From Perkinsela sp. CCAP 1560/9 (lineage: Eukaryota; Protista; Euglenozoa: Kinetoplastea): a DNA stretch of 64,000 nt. Below the pieces are notes generated by a model, which saw only the letters and a list, made by a program, of their open reading frames with translations, had not been told where the DNA came from and searched no databases. Every line of letters starts with the position of its first letter. Position 1 is the first letter of the stretch. The stretch covers positions 1,178,001-1,242,000 of the forward strand of contig CBFFSA010000002.1 of assembly GCA_965644495.1 (NCBI GenBank). Reading direction: 5' to 3'. The position numbers and the translations under genes were made by a program. Shown in pieces: positions 45,567 through 56,239 of the stretch.

Positions 45567-45834
45567 CCAAAAAACGTTGAATTCACCCTTTCATGAATAA
45601 CTATAATTATGAAATATAAACGTTATGAATTTACACTGTACTGTACGATTACATACATGTAATGCCGCGGGTTTCGACAAAATGGCACTAATAGCGCCCT
45701 GAGAGGAAGGGGTTCCATCAGATAAACCATAAAAAGAAATCACAAAACGTAGAATACAAACAAGATGCCAGTTCAATGCCTACAACTAATATGAATGCGT
45801 TCCACGATTCCCTATACCCCACTCACCCCTTCCC

Positions 45835-47613
45835 CTACACTACATCCGCGCACGTTATACTGGACACCACAACAATCACCTTAGATATCTTTCCCGGCGC
45901 CGCACTCTGCTCCCTTTGGTACGCTTGCGCTGCACCGTACAACCCTTCCCGTCTCCCTTGAGGTCTTGTTTTCCCTGCCCCTGCAACAGCCTCCCACATC
46001 CCCCTCCGGTTCCCCGGCCTCTCCCCTCCCTCCGTCGGTGCGTCCCGTTGGCTCGCGTCCCTGGGCAAGGGCTCGAGGAACGGCAACGAGAGCACCAGGG
46101 ACTGGACATTTAACTCCAGCACCACGGCCGTACAGAGTACGGTGCCATAGAGTGCATCACTCGCGGTAGCCCCCCGCATGAGGTACACAACCGTGTGTTG
46201 TAAATCCCGAGGCAGCGGGGCGTGAGGGAGAGGGGAAGCCTCGACAGCCGAAGCCATCTCCCCCCTCTCCATCTCGTTTATGTTTTTTACCCCCCCGAAT
46301 ACCTTTTCAGAGGTTAGGGGTTTACTCCTTTCCCCTTTCTTCGAGTGTAAACGAAAGAACTCCACCCGTTCTAACGGAATGGTGTGGGTCGCGGGACTCA
46401 CCCGCACCGACGCGGCTCCGTAGAACCACCGTTGCAGGTTCTCCCTCACCCGGAAACCGGAGGGAAGTGCCACCACCCCGGTCGACACAGGAAGACACTC
46501 CACACCTACCTTTAAAAAGGCAGCGGTTCTCCCCTCCCTATTGTTGTCACCCTTTTCTTCACCCCCTGGTTGACCGCGATGGGGTTGATCGCGATTTTGT
46601 TGACCGCGATTTTGTTGACCGCGATTTTGTTGACCGCGATTTTGTTGCTCGCGATTTTGTTGCTCGCGATTTTGTTGACCGCTCCCCACCCGGCTCGCGA
46701 TTTCATGCGCCAACCTGTCGTCGCCCAACACGACGACGTGGGTGACACGAAGCCGATCCACCACCCCCCCCACAGTCTCCAGCGCCATCCCGGGGGGGGT
46801 GTCAATGACCACCCCACCGGAGGCCACCGTGTCGTTGCTGTGATGCGTGAGGCGCTGCTCGGTGAGGTGACAGAGACGCTCGAGGGCGTGGGCATAAACC
46901 GCGGGGTCCTCGAACGGGCGAGCGGTCCCGACCGGGAGATGCAGCCCGTTGGTCCCCGCCACCGCGACCTCATCGATCGCGTTGGGGTGGTCCCAGGTGC
47001 AGGCGGTGAGGACCCCGGGGGGACCGGAGAGGGGGGCGTGGGGGTCGAGCTCGAGAAAGGTGGGGGTGTGACCGCAGCGGGCGGCGTAGTTCAGGAGGAT
47101 ACGACACAGGGTGGTTTTGCCGGAGCAGGGCGGGCCGAGGACGAGGGTGCGGGGCGAGGCCAGAGGGGGTGGGGAGGGGGGAGATGCGGCCTCGGTGGGG
47201 AGGCCACGCAGGCGGGCCTCGTGAAGCAGGCTGTGAAGTTCAGCGTAGAAACGCATGGGGGTGAAGCGTGAAATATACGCAGAGTGGAGTATTTTCGAAT
47301 TTGTGCATTGAAATTTTACGGTGCATCCTGTCCAGGAGAAGATGGCGAGGGAGCAGCCCCAAGGCAGGGTGTAGGCCACCCCAGGAAGAAGGGGAGCGCC
47401 AAAGATCTCGGCATGTGCTCTATGCTCCTCAAGTAAAGTGACTTCAGCAAGATGACTCGGTATTGAGGAATCCCCATCATCGCGAGAAAACGGAATGGGT
47501 AGGAAGATGCGGAGTTCGGACTCCGGACACAATACAAAGTTCTGAGTATCTGTGGGCACGTCAAGTTTTCCCTGTAAGTTGAAAGTTTCATGCCCTCTAG
47601 CGAGATAGTGCAT
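45835..47613 (-). CDS. CLP1: Clp1 polynucleotide kinase / cleavage-polyadenylation factor
   Basis: ESELR, AEIFGAPL, AIFSWTGC, P-loop GPPCSGKTTLCRILLNYAAR, GVVIDTP. Confidence 0.93.
   Translation of the reverse strand: MHYLARGHETFNLQGKLDVPTDTQNFVLCPESELRIFLPIPFSRDDGDSSIPSHLAEVTLLEEHRAHAEIFGAPLLPGVAYTLPWGCSLAIFSWTGCTVKFQCTNSKILHSAYISRFTPMRFYAELHSLLHEARLRGLPTEAASPPSPPPLASPRTLVLGPPCSGKTTLCRILLNYAARCGHTPTFLELDPHAPLSGPPGVLTACTWDHPNAIDEVAVAGTNGLHLPVGTARPFEDPAVYAHALERLCHLTEQRLTHHSNDTVASGGVVIDTPPGMALETVGGVVDRLRVTHVVVLGDDRLAHEIASRVGSGQQNREQQNREQQNRGQQNRGQQNRGQQNRDQPHRGQPGGEEKGDNNREGRTAAFLKVGVECLPVSTGVVALPSGFRVRENLQRWFYGAASVRVSPATHTIPLERVEFFRLHSKKGERSKPLTSEKVFGGVKNINEMERGEMASAVEASPLPHAPLPRDLQHTVVYLMRGATASDALYGTVLCTAVVLELNVQSLVLSLPFLEPLPRDASQRDAPTEGGERPGNRRGMWEAVAGAGKTRPQGRREGLYGAAQAYQREQSAAPGKISKVIVVVSSITCADVV
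46570..46681. repeat. 15-bp coding minisatellite in CLP1 (QQNRG/E repeats)
   Basis: About 7 units of GCGATTTTGTTG(AC/CT)C. Confidence 0.95.
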
Positions 47614-47869
47614 AAACTCCTGTAGGATATTTCTATGGATAGAATAACGAAAATCTAATCACTCTTCCGAGTTATGAAAACAAAGAAAACGACTAATGAG
47701 CTGTATTGTAGAATTCCTATAGACCATATGAACCTTCTCTTTAATGTTTTTAAGTAAGAAGTAGGTATTTCTTAAAAAGTGCGCTCGGTCTGATCCATTC
47801 AATGAATTTCATACAAGTTCTACAAAGGAGATTGTTTATATTTTCTATGAAAACATCGCACATTTCAAT

Positions 47870-49081
47870 CTACGTATCTCCATCAAATCCTTTAGGGTGA
47901 AGTCGATTGTTGTTTACACCCACACTCAGTACCTGTTTGTCCCAAGTTCTCCGATCCTCACGACTTTGATAGTGTCGCATGCGGTTCTGTCGCGCACGTT
48001 CCTCTTGAGCGTGATTAGCGGTCAACTTTTGTCCACCCGAGTAACACCGCAAAGCTGAAAAACGATCTCGAAACGATGTCATTGACGAGTGCGGCGTATT
48101 TACAGCATACAGACTTGTCTTCTGTCCTCGAGCATTTATCGTCAAATGATTTCCACTGATTCCTCGTCCAGTCGTATGCCCCCGATCAAGTATTTGTCGC
48201 AGCTTGCCATCCGCAGTGGATTGCAAGGCAAGTTGCCCCGATTCTCTCTGGGGGCCACTATTACCCACGGAACGATCCAAATAGGATTTCACAGGACCGC
48301 AGTAACTTTTCCCTCGTTTTGCAAACGGCCCGGTACGTGTTTTTTGGTCCACATTGAGGTCACTGGCTATTGTCTCAAGCCACTCTGTTTCATAGTACGG
48401 GTCATATTCCCCCGTAGACAGAGCAGACAGGGGAATAGCGGTGTGGCGCTGATCCCTCATATGCATTTGGACCGCAGTCAGGGAGTCAAACTCCTTGGAG
48501 GACCTCTCGGAGGACTCACACGTGATGCACAGCCCGGCAGAAATCTTTCGTGCAAGATAACAAAGCAGTCCCTGAAGGTCGTGAAGATGGTTTTCAAAAG
48601 GTATTTCGAAATTGTGGACCGTCTTCATATGGGATAGAGTGGTCGTGATGTTTGGAAAGAGAGGGGATCGTAGGCAGAACAGACAGTGCAGTTCCGTGAT
48701 GGAACTATCGGAATTGGAAACTGATTCAGCGTACTCGAGAGAGGCTTCTTCTTTACAATCGGATAGCGTTTCATTTTTTCGGGTGGCGTTTTGTAACTTA
48801 TTGTAACGATGTGTCCGGGAGCGTACGTGGTCTTGTAAGGTCAATGCAGTGTTAAATGTCTTCTGACACAACTTGCAAAAGTATTGAGCTGAAGAAACGC
48901 GTTGGACGTCAGTGTTGGAAGGTTGCAAAAGCGAAAGCTGAGCCGACCCTGAGGCTCGTGTACGTACACGAAGATTATGAATGTGTGTCTCACTGGAATA
49001 ATGTTGTCGCAAGCTGAACAAATCGCCTGAAATAGAGATCGTGCATGTGCTGCAGTAGTGAGGGGCACTCTCGGTGTTCAT
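47870..49081 (-). CDS. Rei1/ZNF622-family pre-60S zinc-finger protein
   Basis: CSTC...HYSSETHIHNL, CKLCQKTF...HVRSRTH, CLFC...HMKTVHNFEIP, AVQMHMRDQRH. Confidence 0.88.
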   Translation of the reverse strand: MNTESAPHYCSTCTISISGDLFSLRQHYSSETHIHNLRVRTRASGSAQLSLLQPSNTDVQRVSSAQYFCKLCQKTFNTALTLQDHVRSRTHRYNKLQNATRKNETLSDCKEEASLEYAESVSNSDSSITELHCLFCLRSPLFPNITTTLSHMKTVHNFEIPFENHLHDLQGLLCYLARKISAGLCITCESSERSSKEFDSLTAVQMHMRDQRHTAIPLSALSTGEYDPYYETEWLETIASDLNVDQKTRTGPFAKRGKSYCGPVKSYLDRSVGNSGPQRESGQLALQSTADGKLRQILDRGHTTGRGISGNHLTINARGQKTSLYAVNTPHSSMTSFRDRFSALRCYSGGQKLTANHAQEERARQNRMRHYQSREDRRTWDKQVLSVGVNNNRLHPKGFDGDT

Positions 49082-49736
49082 TTATAGTAGAGAAAAAAGA
49101 AAGAAATAGAGAAACGAATGTACGTACACCCCCGCTAAATAATTTTTATAAACATAAATTATAAAAATTTTGCATTCGTATTTATAATTTAGACAAATTA
49201 TTTTGTGAAGGTACCGGTTGACGTCACCAATATCACGTACTTTTCCCGACGATAGTGAAAGCATCAGCATTCCCAATACTTTCGGAATGCCGTTTCGACC
49301 ACTTTGATGAAAAAAGCCATACAAGTTTGAAAAAACGTTTTATAAATTACACAACGAAGATTTATTATAAATTAAGAAAAGTATAAAGGTCGAAAAATCA
49401 CCCGTTCATAAAAATATATTAGCAGGGGTGTAATTTAGAACCCGACAAAAGACGTTACCCGGTGTCAACAGAACTCTCTACATAACTATGGTGTCATTGA
49501 TTAAGAGAGAGATATTCTAAGAAATTCTGAGTAAGGTACTCGCCTATTGCATTTTATTGTCATCACAAAACAACGTTTTTTGAGAGTTTTGTGGTCGATA
49601 TCGGAAGTTTTGTGACCTGTAAGTTCCTCTTGCACTGTACCTCTTCCACGTTCACAAGTCGGAGAGACGTGATCACTTCATGAATCCAGGTGCAGGAGTA
49701 CTCTCCCTCTCCTTAATTTTTATAAATTATAAATTA

Positions 49737-49914
49737 CTGTCCCCCCCGTTTAAGCGCACCTCGTTTTCCGCGAAAAGTGCGCTTAAACGGGGGAGTCTGA
49801 ATCACTACATAAAAAAGAATTGGCGCCGCTTCGCGGCGCCGGGCTCTTTCCTTCAACTCTATGTGCGCTTAAACGGGGGGGTCTGACCGGGTGCGCTTAA
49901 AGGGGGGGGGGCAG
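49737..49914. mobile_element. TA-flanked MITE
   Basis: CTGTCCCCCCCGTTTAAGCGCAC / GTGCGCTTAAAGGGGGGGGGGCAG with internal GTGCGCTTAAA repeats. Confidence 0.8.
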
Positions 49915-49947
49915 TATAACAAAAAGTGAGTTATAATTATAATTATA

Positions 49948-50180
49948 AACCCTGTTCCGGGTTATTGTGCCTAGAGCTACTTATTGTGCAGGGGGGGCAC
50001 AATAAGTGGAAACAACCACTATCATTGTGCCCCCCCTCCAAAATATGGCGGCGCCAGGCGGCGCCAATTTTTTTTTACCCTTTTTTTGGTTTTCCAATAT
50101 TTAGTTATTGTGCCTAGAGCCAGGTATTGTGCCTAGAGCCAGTTATTGTGTAGGGGGGCACAATAACCCGGAAGGGGGTT
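49948..50180. mobile_element. TA-flanked MITE
   Basis: AACCCTGTTCCGGGTTATTGTGCC / GGCACAATAACCCGGAAGGGGGTT with internal TATTGTGC repeats. Confidence 0.82.
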
Positions 50181-50698
50181 TAATTATAAAAATTAATGAT
50201 CCCGTATAAATGTCCGCTATTCCAAAAACAGGGCGGCTTTTCACTCGTGGACACCTGTATCATACCTAAACCGAAAAAAAACTGCCAAAAAGTCGTTTTT
50301 TTTCACAGAGTACATTTTTTAATTAAAATTGGTACATTTGTTGGTGATTCGTGACAAAGAAGCACTGCCCCCTCTGCTTACCTTCCTCCCACGCGTGCCC
50401 CGAGATGGGCACGGCACTCGTGATCGATTAAGAGCGACTTAACTCCTATAAGACACTCGCAAAACTTCATAAGCTTAACCCCAGGTCCATCATTGAAACT
50501 TTTCGCTTTTTTTCCTGAAGATTAACCGGAAACGTTTAAGAATACCTTCCGGGACTATAGTAAACGTTTACTTTTGGTCAAGGAGGCTAAAAGGCATATG
50601 ACTTAATACTAGAGATTACTTTGCACTCCTTTTCCACGTCTTCTGACCTATTTTACTATTGTTCTTCATCCGAAACATTCGAAAAAATACACCCAAAA

Positions 50699-50812
50699 AA
50701 GTTATGCTTCACTAGCACCTGCTCAGGGCAGTGAAGCGCACTTCCTGCAACGGGCGGAGGTCGGACGCCTACCCCAGAACTGCAGCGCACGGACGAATGT
50801 TCGAGTAAATTT
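50699..50812. repeat. Inverted terminal repeat (3' end of element)
   Basis: Reverse complement of 57146-57259 with one mismatch. Confidence 0.97.
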
Positions 50813-51393
50813 GTTGAGTAAGTTTGTTTGTTTGTTTGGTACAAGAGCGCCTGCCATCCCCACAAGCAAGCGCCGCAAGTACCAACTCCGGCTCCCGGCT
50901 CAATCCGGGTACGGGGACGCAAAGCTCTCCTGGGGCGCTTCACTGGTGGCAAAGAACACTCTGTAGTATAATATACCTACTATGTGCCAGTCCCACTAGG
51001 AGGGTTCCCATTCAAGCACGTGCACCGCATTTATCATTCACTGCGTCAGAGCTTAAATGGACATTGATGACGTACTGCTTCTCGTACTTTATAAGCCTAA
51101 AATGTATACTTTTATAATTCTATGTAAATTGTATAATAGATTACTATTACGCAGTATCGTGATATCGATCGTAAGTATAGCACACTTAGGAAGAAGGTGG
51201 ACGTAAGAAATGTATACATCTTGAGGTGATGTGTATACACGCATTAGAGTGTATGTCATAAGTGTTTATGAACTGTTTATCACTAATGTAATAATAATAC
51301 ATGTGGATATGAGATAAAGCTTCATATAATAATACATGCGGATATGAGATAAAGCTTCCACTTATGCTTATAATGAGGAGGTATGGATAATTT

Positions 51394-53130
51394 CTACTTG
51401 TTTCTGCTTAGAAATGTTGTTCCATACGATTTATAAATTTGCCACGCCGTTTGAAGCTGTTCCCATGTTCTTGTACGACGAAAATCATACTCGGCGCGGC
51501 TGTACTCTTTTTGTGGGCGGGTCCCAATATCTGCGAGATTCATTTCGCTTGCGATGTCAGCTAAGACAATTCGCCCGTGAAAATATTGATGAACTCGTAT
51601 TATAGAATCCAATGCTTCAATTTTTGAAAATCCTTTGGCGAACGCACGAGACGCGGCCGTGTTATCGCTCGCAATTATTATGTTCGCGAATCCGCTGCGC
51701 ACTGCGATGCTTATCGCTTTGGATATTGCCGTCGCCTCGGCCAATACAATATCTAACTGACACTCTTGCTCTAAGACGTTTTCTTTTATGGGGAATCCGC
51801 CCTTCATAGGCCAAACGGCCCAGCGCGCTGTGGTCGCGTCTACAACGGCGAAGAAGGTTCGCTTATGTTCACACCTGCGATACATGGTGCAGTCTCGGGG
51901 AGTCGAGTTTGCGCGGATGATACGTAGGGCAGTTTTTAATAGGACCTCTCGTTCGCCCTGTTCGAAGATTATCCCATCCCAATTTTCCACTTCGCCTAAA
52001 ACACTTTGACATTTGCTCAATCTTCCTAGTCCTCGTGGTGATATTCCTAGTATAGTAGCTAAATGGCGCAAGTAGCCACAAAGTTGGAATAATATACGGG
52101 GTGTGATGCTTGACAGGTTTCTCGCTACCTTCAACCACTTTTGAGCTGTGGTCTCGTTTGCTGCCCAGGAAACACGGCCACCATTTTGAATAATTTGAAT
52201 ACCACAATAAGAAAATTTGCATGAACTTTTTTCTATCGTCAGATATTTTTCTAAGATATTGAACTTCCGGAAATTGTGCACCAGGTGTTCTCCCCACCGT
52301 TTTACCGTCGTCTCCGAAGCAACAATCATAAATGAGTCGTACATCAGCGCGATAAATCCTCCCTCACGAAGAGGTACGATCCCCGGAGCTTCAGTCATAT
52401 CAAGCATAGATTCAACGCCATTTAGGTCCGTGCTAGCGTGATCTCCGTAAATCAAAACATTCCACATGATGCTTTGCGCTATCCCGCAAGCTAACTTATA
52501 TCCCATTGGGAGAACAGTGGGACGAAGGTGTGTCGATCCCTGTCGAATGCAGCAGGCGTTCCCTAGTTCCGTTGAAATAGGGATCTGGTAGTACCAGTTC
52601 TTAATATCCCCGTGAAGGAAACGGAACCACCTTTCAGCGCAATCCCCAAGATGCAATAAGGATTGAATGAGCTGTTCCGTACTAGGAATAATAAAGGGGA
52701 TTCCTTCAATACATGTATGAAGGTTAGTGTAACGCAAATCAAATATAGCCCGTGCATGCACATCATCTTTCAGAACCGCCATGTACTTTCCAACTCCCGT
52801 AACTTGCTCCCGAGTCACGGGGACCAATACGTTGCAGTCCTTGAGCGCCTGCAGATGAGACCTGTAGTGTTGGGAGTCCGGATCATCTTTTTCTATGATC
52901 ATTTCTTGGGATGGGAAGGGGGACATTCCCAAGAGCGTTTTGGCATTATGTCCAAATTTAGTTTGGAACATATCGTCTGTCATAATCATGCCACCAATAT
53001 TTTTCAGGGGGCAGAGGGGGTCGCTGTCCTTAGCGTACGCTCCACGTATGGGAGCGTAGTTTTGCTGTAGGCTGAAATATCCGTTGTCCGATTCATGCTC
53101 AAGGTTTTTGAAACTCATCATAATATACAA
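51394..53130 (-). CDS. Reverse transcriptase-RNase H of the YR retroelement
   Basis: RAIFDLRYTN, HGDIKNWYYQIPI, VLPMG, MYDS at the YxDD position; RNase H VDAT / LAEA / SDN / NLADIGTR. Confidence 0.92.
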   Translation of the reverse strand: MYIMMSFKNLEHESDNGYFSLQQNYAPIRGAYAKDSDPLCPLKNIGGMIMTDDMFQTKFGHNAKTLLGMSPFPSQEMIIEKDDPDSQHYRSHLQALKDCNVLVPVTREQVTGVGKYMAVLKDDVHARAIFDLRYTNLHTCIEGIPFIIPSTEQLIQSLLHLGDCAERWFRFLHGDIKNWYYQIPISTELGNACCIRQGSTHLRPTVLPMGYKLACGIAQSIMWNVLIYGDHASTDLNGVESMLDMTEAPGIVPLREGGFIALMYDSFMIVASETTVKRWGEHLVHNFRKFNILEKYLTIEKSSCKFSYCGIQIIQNGGRVSWAANETTAQKWLKVARNLSSITPRILFQLCGYLRHLATILGISPRGLGRLSKCQSVLGEVENWDGIIFEQGEREVLLKTALRIIRANSTPRDCTMYRRCEHKRTFFAVVDATTARWAVWPMKGGFPIKENVLEQECQLDIVLAEATAISKAISIAVRSGFANIIIASDNTAASRAFAKGFSKIEALDSIIRVHQYFHGRIVLADIASEMNLADIGTRPQKEYSRAEYDFRRTRTWEQLQTAWQIYKSYGTTFLSRNK

Positions 53131-53395
53131 AACAGAAGAATATAAGAAACCGTTTTACGAGGAACAAATGTGGCATATTATTATGTTCCTGACATTACTG
53201 AATGACGAAACGGTACACTGTACATACATCGCAATGGTATGATAGTACACGCCTGTATATAGTGTGAAAGGAAATTGACATTGGATGAATAGTGTGTATG
53301 TGAAATGACACAAGGTTATATATTAGGCACAACGACCTGACTCACCTGTACACTACGGATAGCCATTGTTTCTCGTACAGAACAGATGGATAAGG

Positions 53396-54262
53396 CTATA
53401 TCATAGAATAAGCTTCTGCACTGAAGGATGGCATCCATCGGCCACGTAAAAGTCGCGTGGGGAGATCAACACCTTGGCGAGTCAGATGGCCAGCACCGCC
53501 ATGACGAAGACAGTGGAATGACCAGTTCTGTTGCCTATTCCACTCAAAGTGCACGGCTGATGCACGAATCAACGCGTTGGCCTTTACTTTGTTCCAGAAG
53601 GGTAGCAGAAGAACGGTGTTCCCGTCTTTTTTGAGGCAGGTCACTAGTTCCTGAACTTCCGGTACCTGGACGATGTCCACCTCATAGTGGAGACGACCTT
53701 TCCCACCGCGAATGTGAAGTGTCGCAGTTTCTCCTTCAACGTCGTTTCTGCGGAGCAACTCCAGTTCACTATGCCGTAGGAGGCAATAATAAGTTATGGC
53801 AAAGCCTCGAGCATATTCTGTTTCCCCGGCTTCCTGGCAGTATTCGGTCAGCTGCTTTAATTGATTAAAGGTGATTGAACCCCTGGGTTGTGGATCCAGG
53901 CACAAACGGGTGGCTCCTTTGAACCGCCGGCGAAAACGGATCGTTTGAGACCAGCATCGCTCTACGGGTTCATCTTCAAGCTGCCGCCACACTAGGGCGG
54001 AGCGTAGAGCCTCGAGCTTTGAGGCCCGATAAAACCTTGAGAGGCATGCGCAAAGAGCCAAGAACGCTTCTTCGGTTATGTTACACACACCGTGCACCCC
54101 CAAGAGATGCTCAATTCTTGAAAAGTCAAGAGAACGTCTTCGAGCAGTTTCTGGGGCGACAGCAAATTGAGAGAGCTGTGAATGCATATTAGCTTGAATC
54201 AGTCTTTGTGTATCAGCCTGTATAGCTTCATCACTTATACGGCGTCGTCTGGACCAGGCCAT
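53396..54262 (-). CDS. Tyrosine recombinase
   Basis: Full catalytic set: LLRHSEL (R), GGKG (K), FHCLRHGGA (HxxR), GRW (W), EAY (Y). Confidence 0.95.
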   Translation of the reverse strand: MAWSRRRRISDEAIQADTQRLIQANMHSQLSQFAVAPETARRRSLDFSRIEHLLGVHGVCNITEEAFLALCACLSRFYRASKLEALRSALVWRQLEDEPVERCWSQTIRFRRRFKGATRLCLDPQPRGSITFNQLKQLTEYCQEAGETEYARGFAITYYCLLRHSELELLRRNDVEGETATLHIRGGKGRLHYEVDIVQVPEVQELVTCLKKDGNTVLLLPFWNKVKANALIRASAVHFEWNRQQNWSFHCLRHGGAGHLTRQGVDLPTRLLRGRWMPSFSAEAYSMI

Positions 54263-54860
54263 AGTAATTATATTGTATATTCAAGAGAATGCATTAAAGT
54301 TTCTGCAACTGTTCTTTTATTTTGAACTAATTTTGGAGCCACACTAGGTCGATATTACTTTCGCGCCTTCGCGTTTTACCTATCCAAGTGGTGATGATTG
54401 GCTATTTTATGTAAGAGACTTTGCAGCTTTGCAAAGCTGTACGTGAACGAAAATATCATATCTACTGTATATAAATGAGAACCTATATTGAGAACTTCTC
54501 GCGTTATATTTGAGTCAAAGGAATTCTAATCAACAATTTTGGTAAAAGGTATTCGTTTTTAATCGTTAAAAACGCCGATATTGTAAAAAACGGATGGTGA
54601 GCCCACGTACTACGTGCGTTTTCTGTATTGTTAAAAACAATTTAAGGCAGGATACTACGCATTAAATAATTCTTTTTAAGAACAGATTTGTTTTTTCTCA
54701 AGCCCAATTATTCTGATCTGGATTTTTACCGTTTCGCAAAATTTTCGAAAGCACATTTTGAAGAGATAAGCAACATAACTATACGTGCCTGTAAACAATG
54801 GCCCCTACGTGTCTGTATCGATCGGTTAAAATGATTATATTAACTTTTTGCAACTCTGGG

Positions 54861-55996
54861 CTACTGCTTCCGAAACTTGTTGTTCTGAACCACTGGGCCA
54901 GAACGACTACGCTTGTAGGCGCTGTCTTGCCCGTGCAAGAAGTCGCTTGGTACGATCTTTACCGTGCAATCGCGGATTTCATGGCCTCTTTTTCCGCAGT
55001 GACGGCACGTACCGCGTGGAGCGCGTGGATAGTTCCACGCTTTGACGACTGAGGGGGGTTTACCGGGGTTGGTTCGCTTGTAGGCGTTTCGCACCACTGG
55101 GGTTTGAGGGGCCGAAGGGAATGTCCCAGCCGAAACCTTGCACACGGTGGTCACATTGCGGTTTACCATTGCTAACGCACGTTCGTGCCCCGCAAGAATG
55201 GCCACAATGGATTTATTGGTGGTTTCAGTATGGTTGTCGAGCATGAGGTGCTCGAGTGTCTCTACAGACACCGCAGCACCCTCATGCCGTAGGCGGTGCA
55301 TGAGCAACCAGCCCCCATCTTACACAGGAGGGACCAAATGCCGAGTCGCACGCCCTCAGAATTGATGCTTTCTATCGGGGCATCAGGAGGGGAGTCTGCC
55401 AAAAGCTTGGCGTAGTACACCATGTCAGGCCGGTTGTCTACCGACTCCTTCACTGCCTTCTGTACGTGTGGCGAGAGCCACGTTTCTGTACTGAAACCGG
55501 TGTCCGTTAGGCACTGGTGCAGTTGGACACGGCAGCGAGGGTCTTTGCGCGTCCCAATAAGACTACAAAAGGCTTTTCGTAGGTCCTTATTGCTTTGGTC
55601 TCCGCGAGTGGGAGTTTCTGTTTCTGCGACCGGGACAGCTTCAGAGTGTTCCAACTCTGCCTCAAGCGCGCAAAGCGCATCTCGCAAGTTGACGACAACA
55701 GCTTGGGAGACGTTGCCGGATGAAAAATCGCCGCGCACCATCGCAGCAAGAGTCCGTCGAACTATACGTGCTCCATTCACAGTATTTCCCTTTGCCGCCG
55801 TGGCAGCAGCACTCTCAAGGATGGGAGTCATCGACTTCTTTCCTTTCACATACTGAATTGCTTTGGGTAGAATCCCAACTAATTCTTCGCGAACCGTTAC
55901 TCCCAAACGTTTTAGGGAGCAGAGCTCTAGAAAAGCACACTTTGGGCTGTGTGCGGCGTAATTTTCTGGGAGAAGGGAAGGTAAAGCCTCTGGCAT
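54861..55996 (-). CDS. Gag-like protein with CCHC zinc knuckle, split by one frameshift
   Basis: CRHCGKRGHEIRDC in ORF 54861-55307; it joins ORF 55262-56011 if one G is added to the G5 run (C5 at 55312-55316). Confidence 0.8.
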
Positions 55997-56239
55997 GAAA
56001 TGAGTCAGCAAGTAAGAAAGTATTGTGTATACAGAGAGACATCGTTCTCAATATTTTTCCAGTCGAGCACGTCTCCTACTTTCGTTTCAATAACGTGATG
56101 TAACTAGTTGCACTTATTGTGCGCAGATCGATCCCGAAAATTACTGTAAATTCGACAGTCTAAGGCCATTACATAAACTAAAGTATGCTTTCTTTCATAT
56201 CTGTGAACATCTCTAGTTCTATAAGGGCCCACAGGCCTT

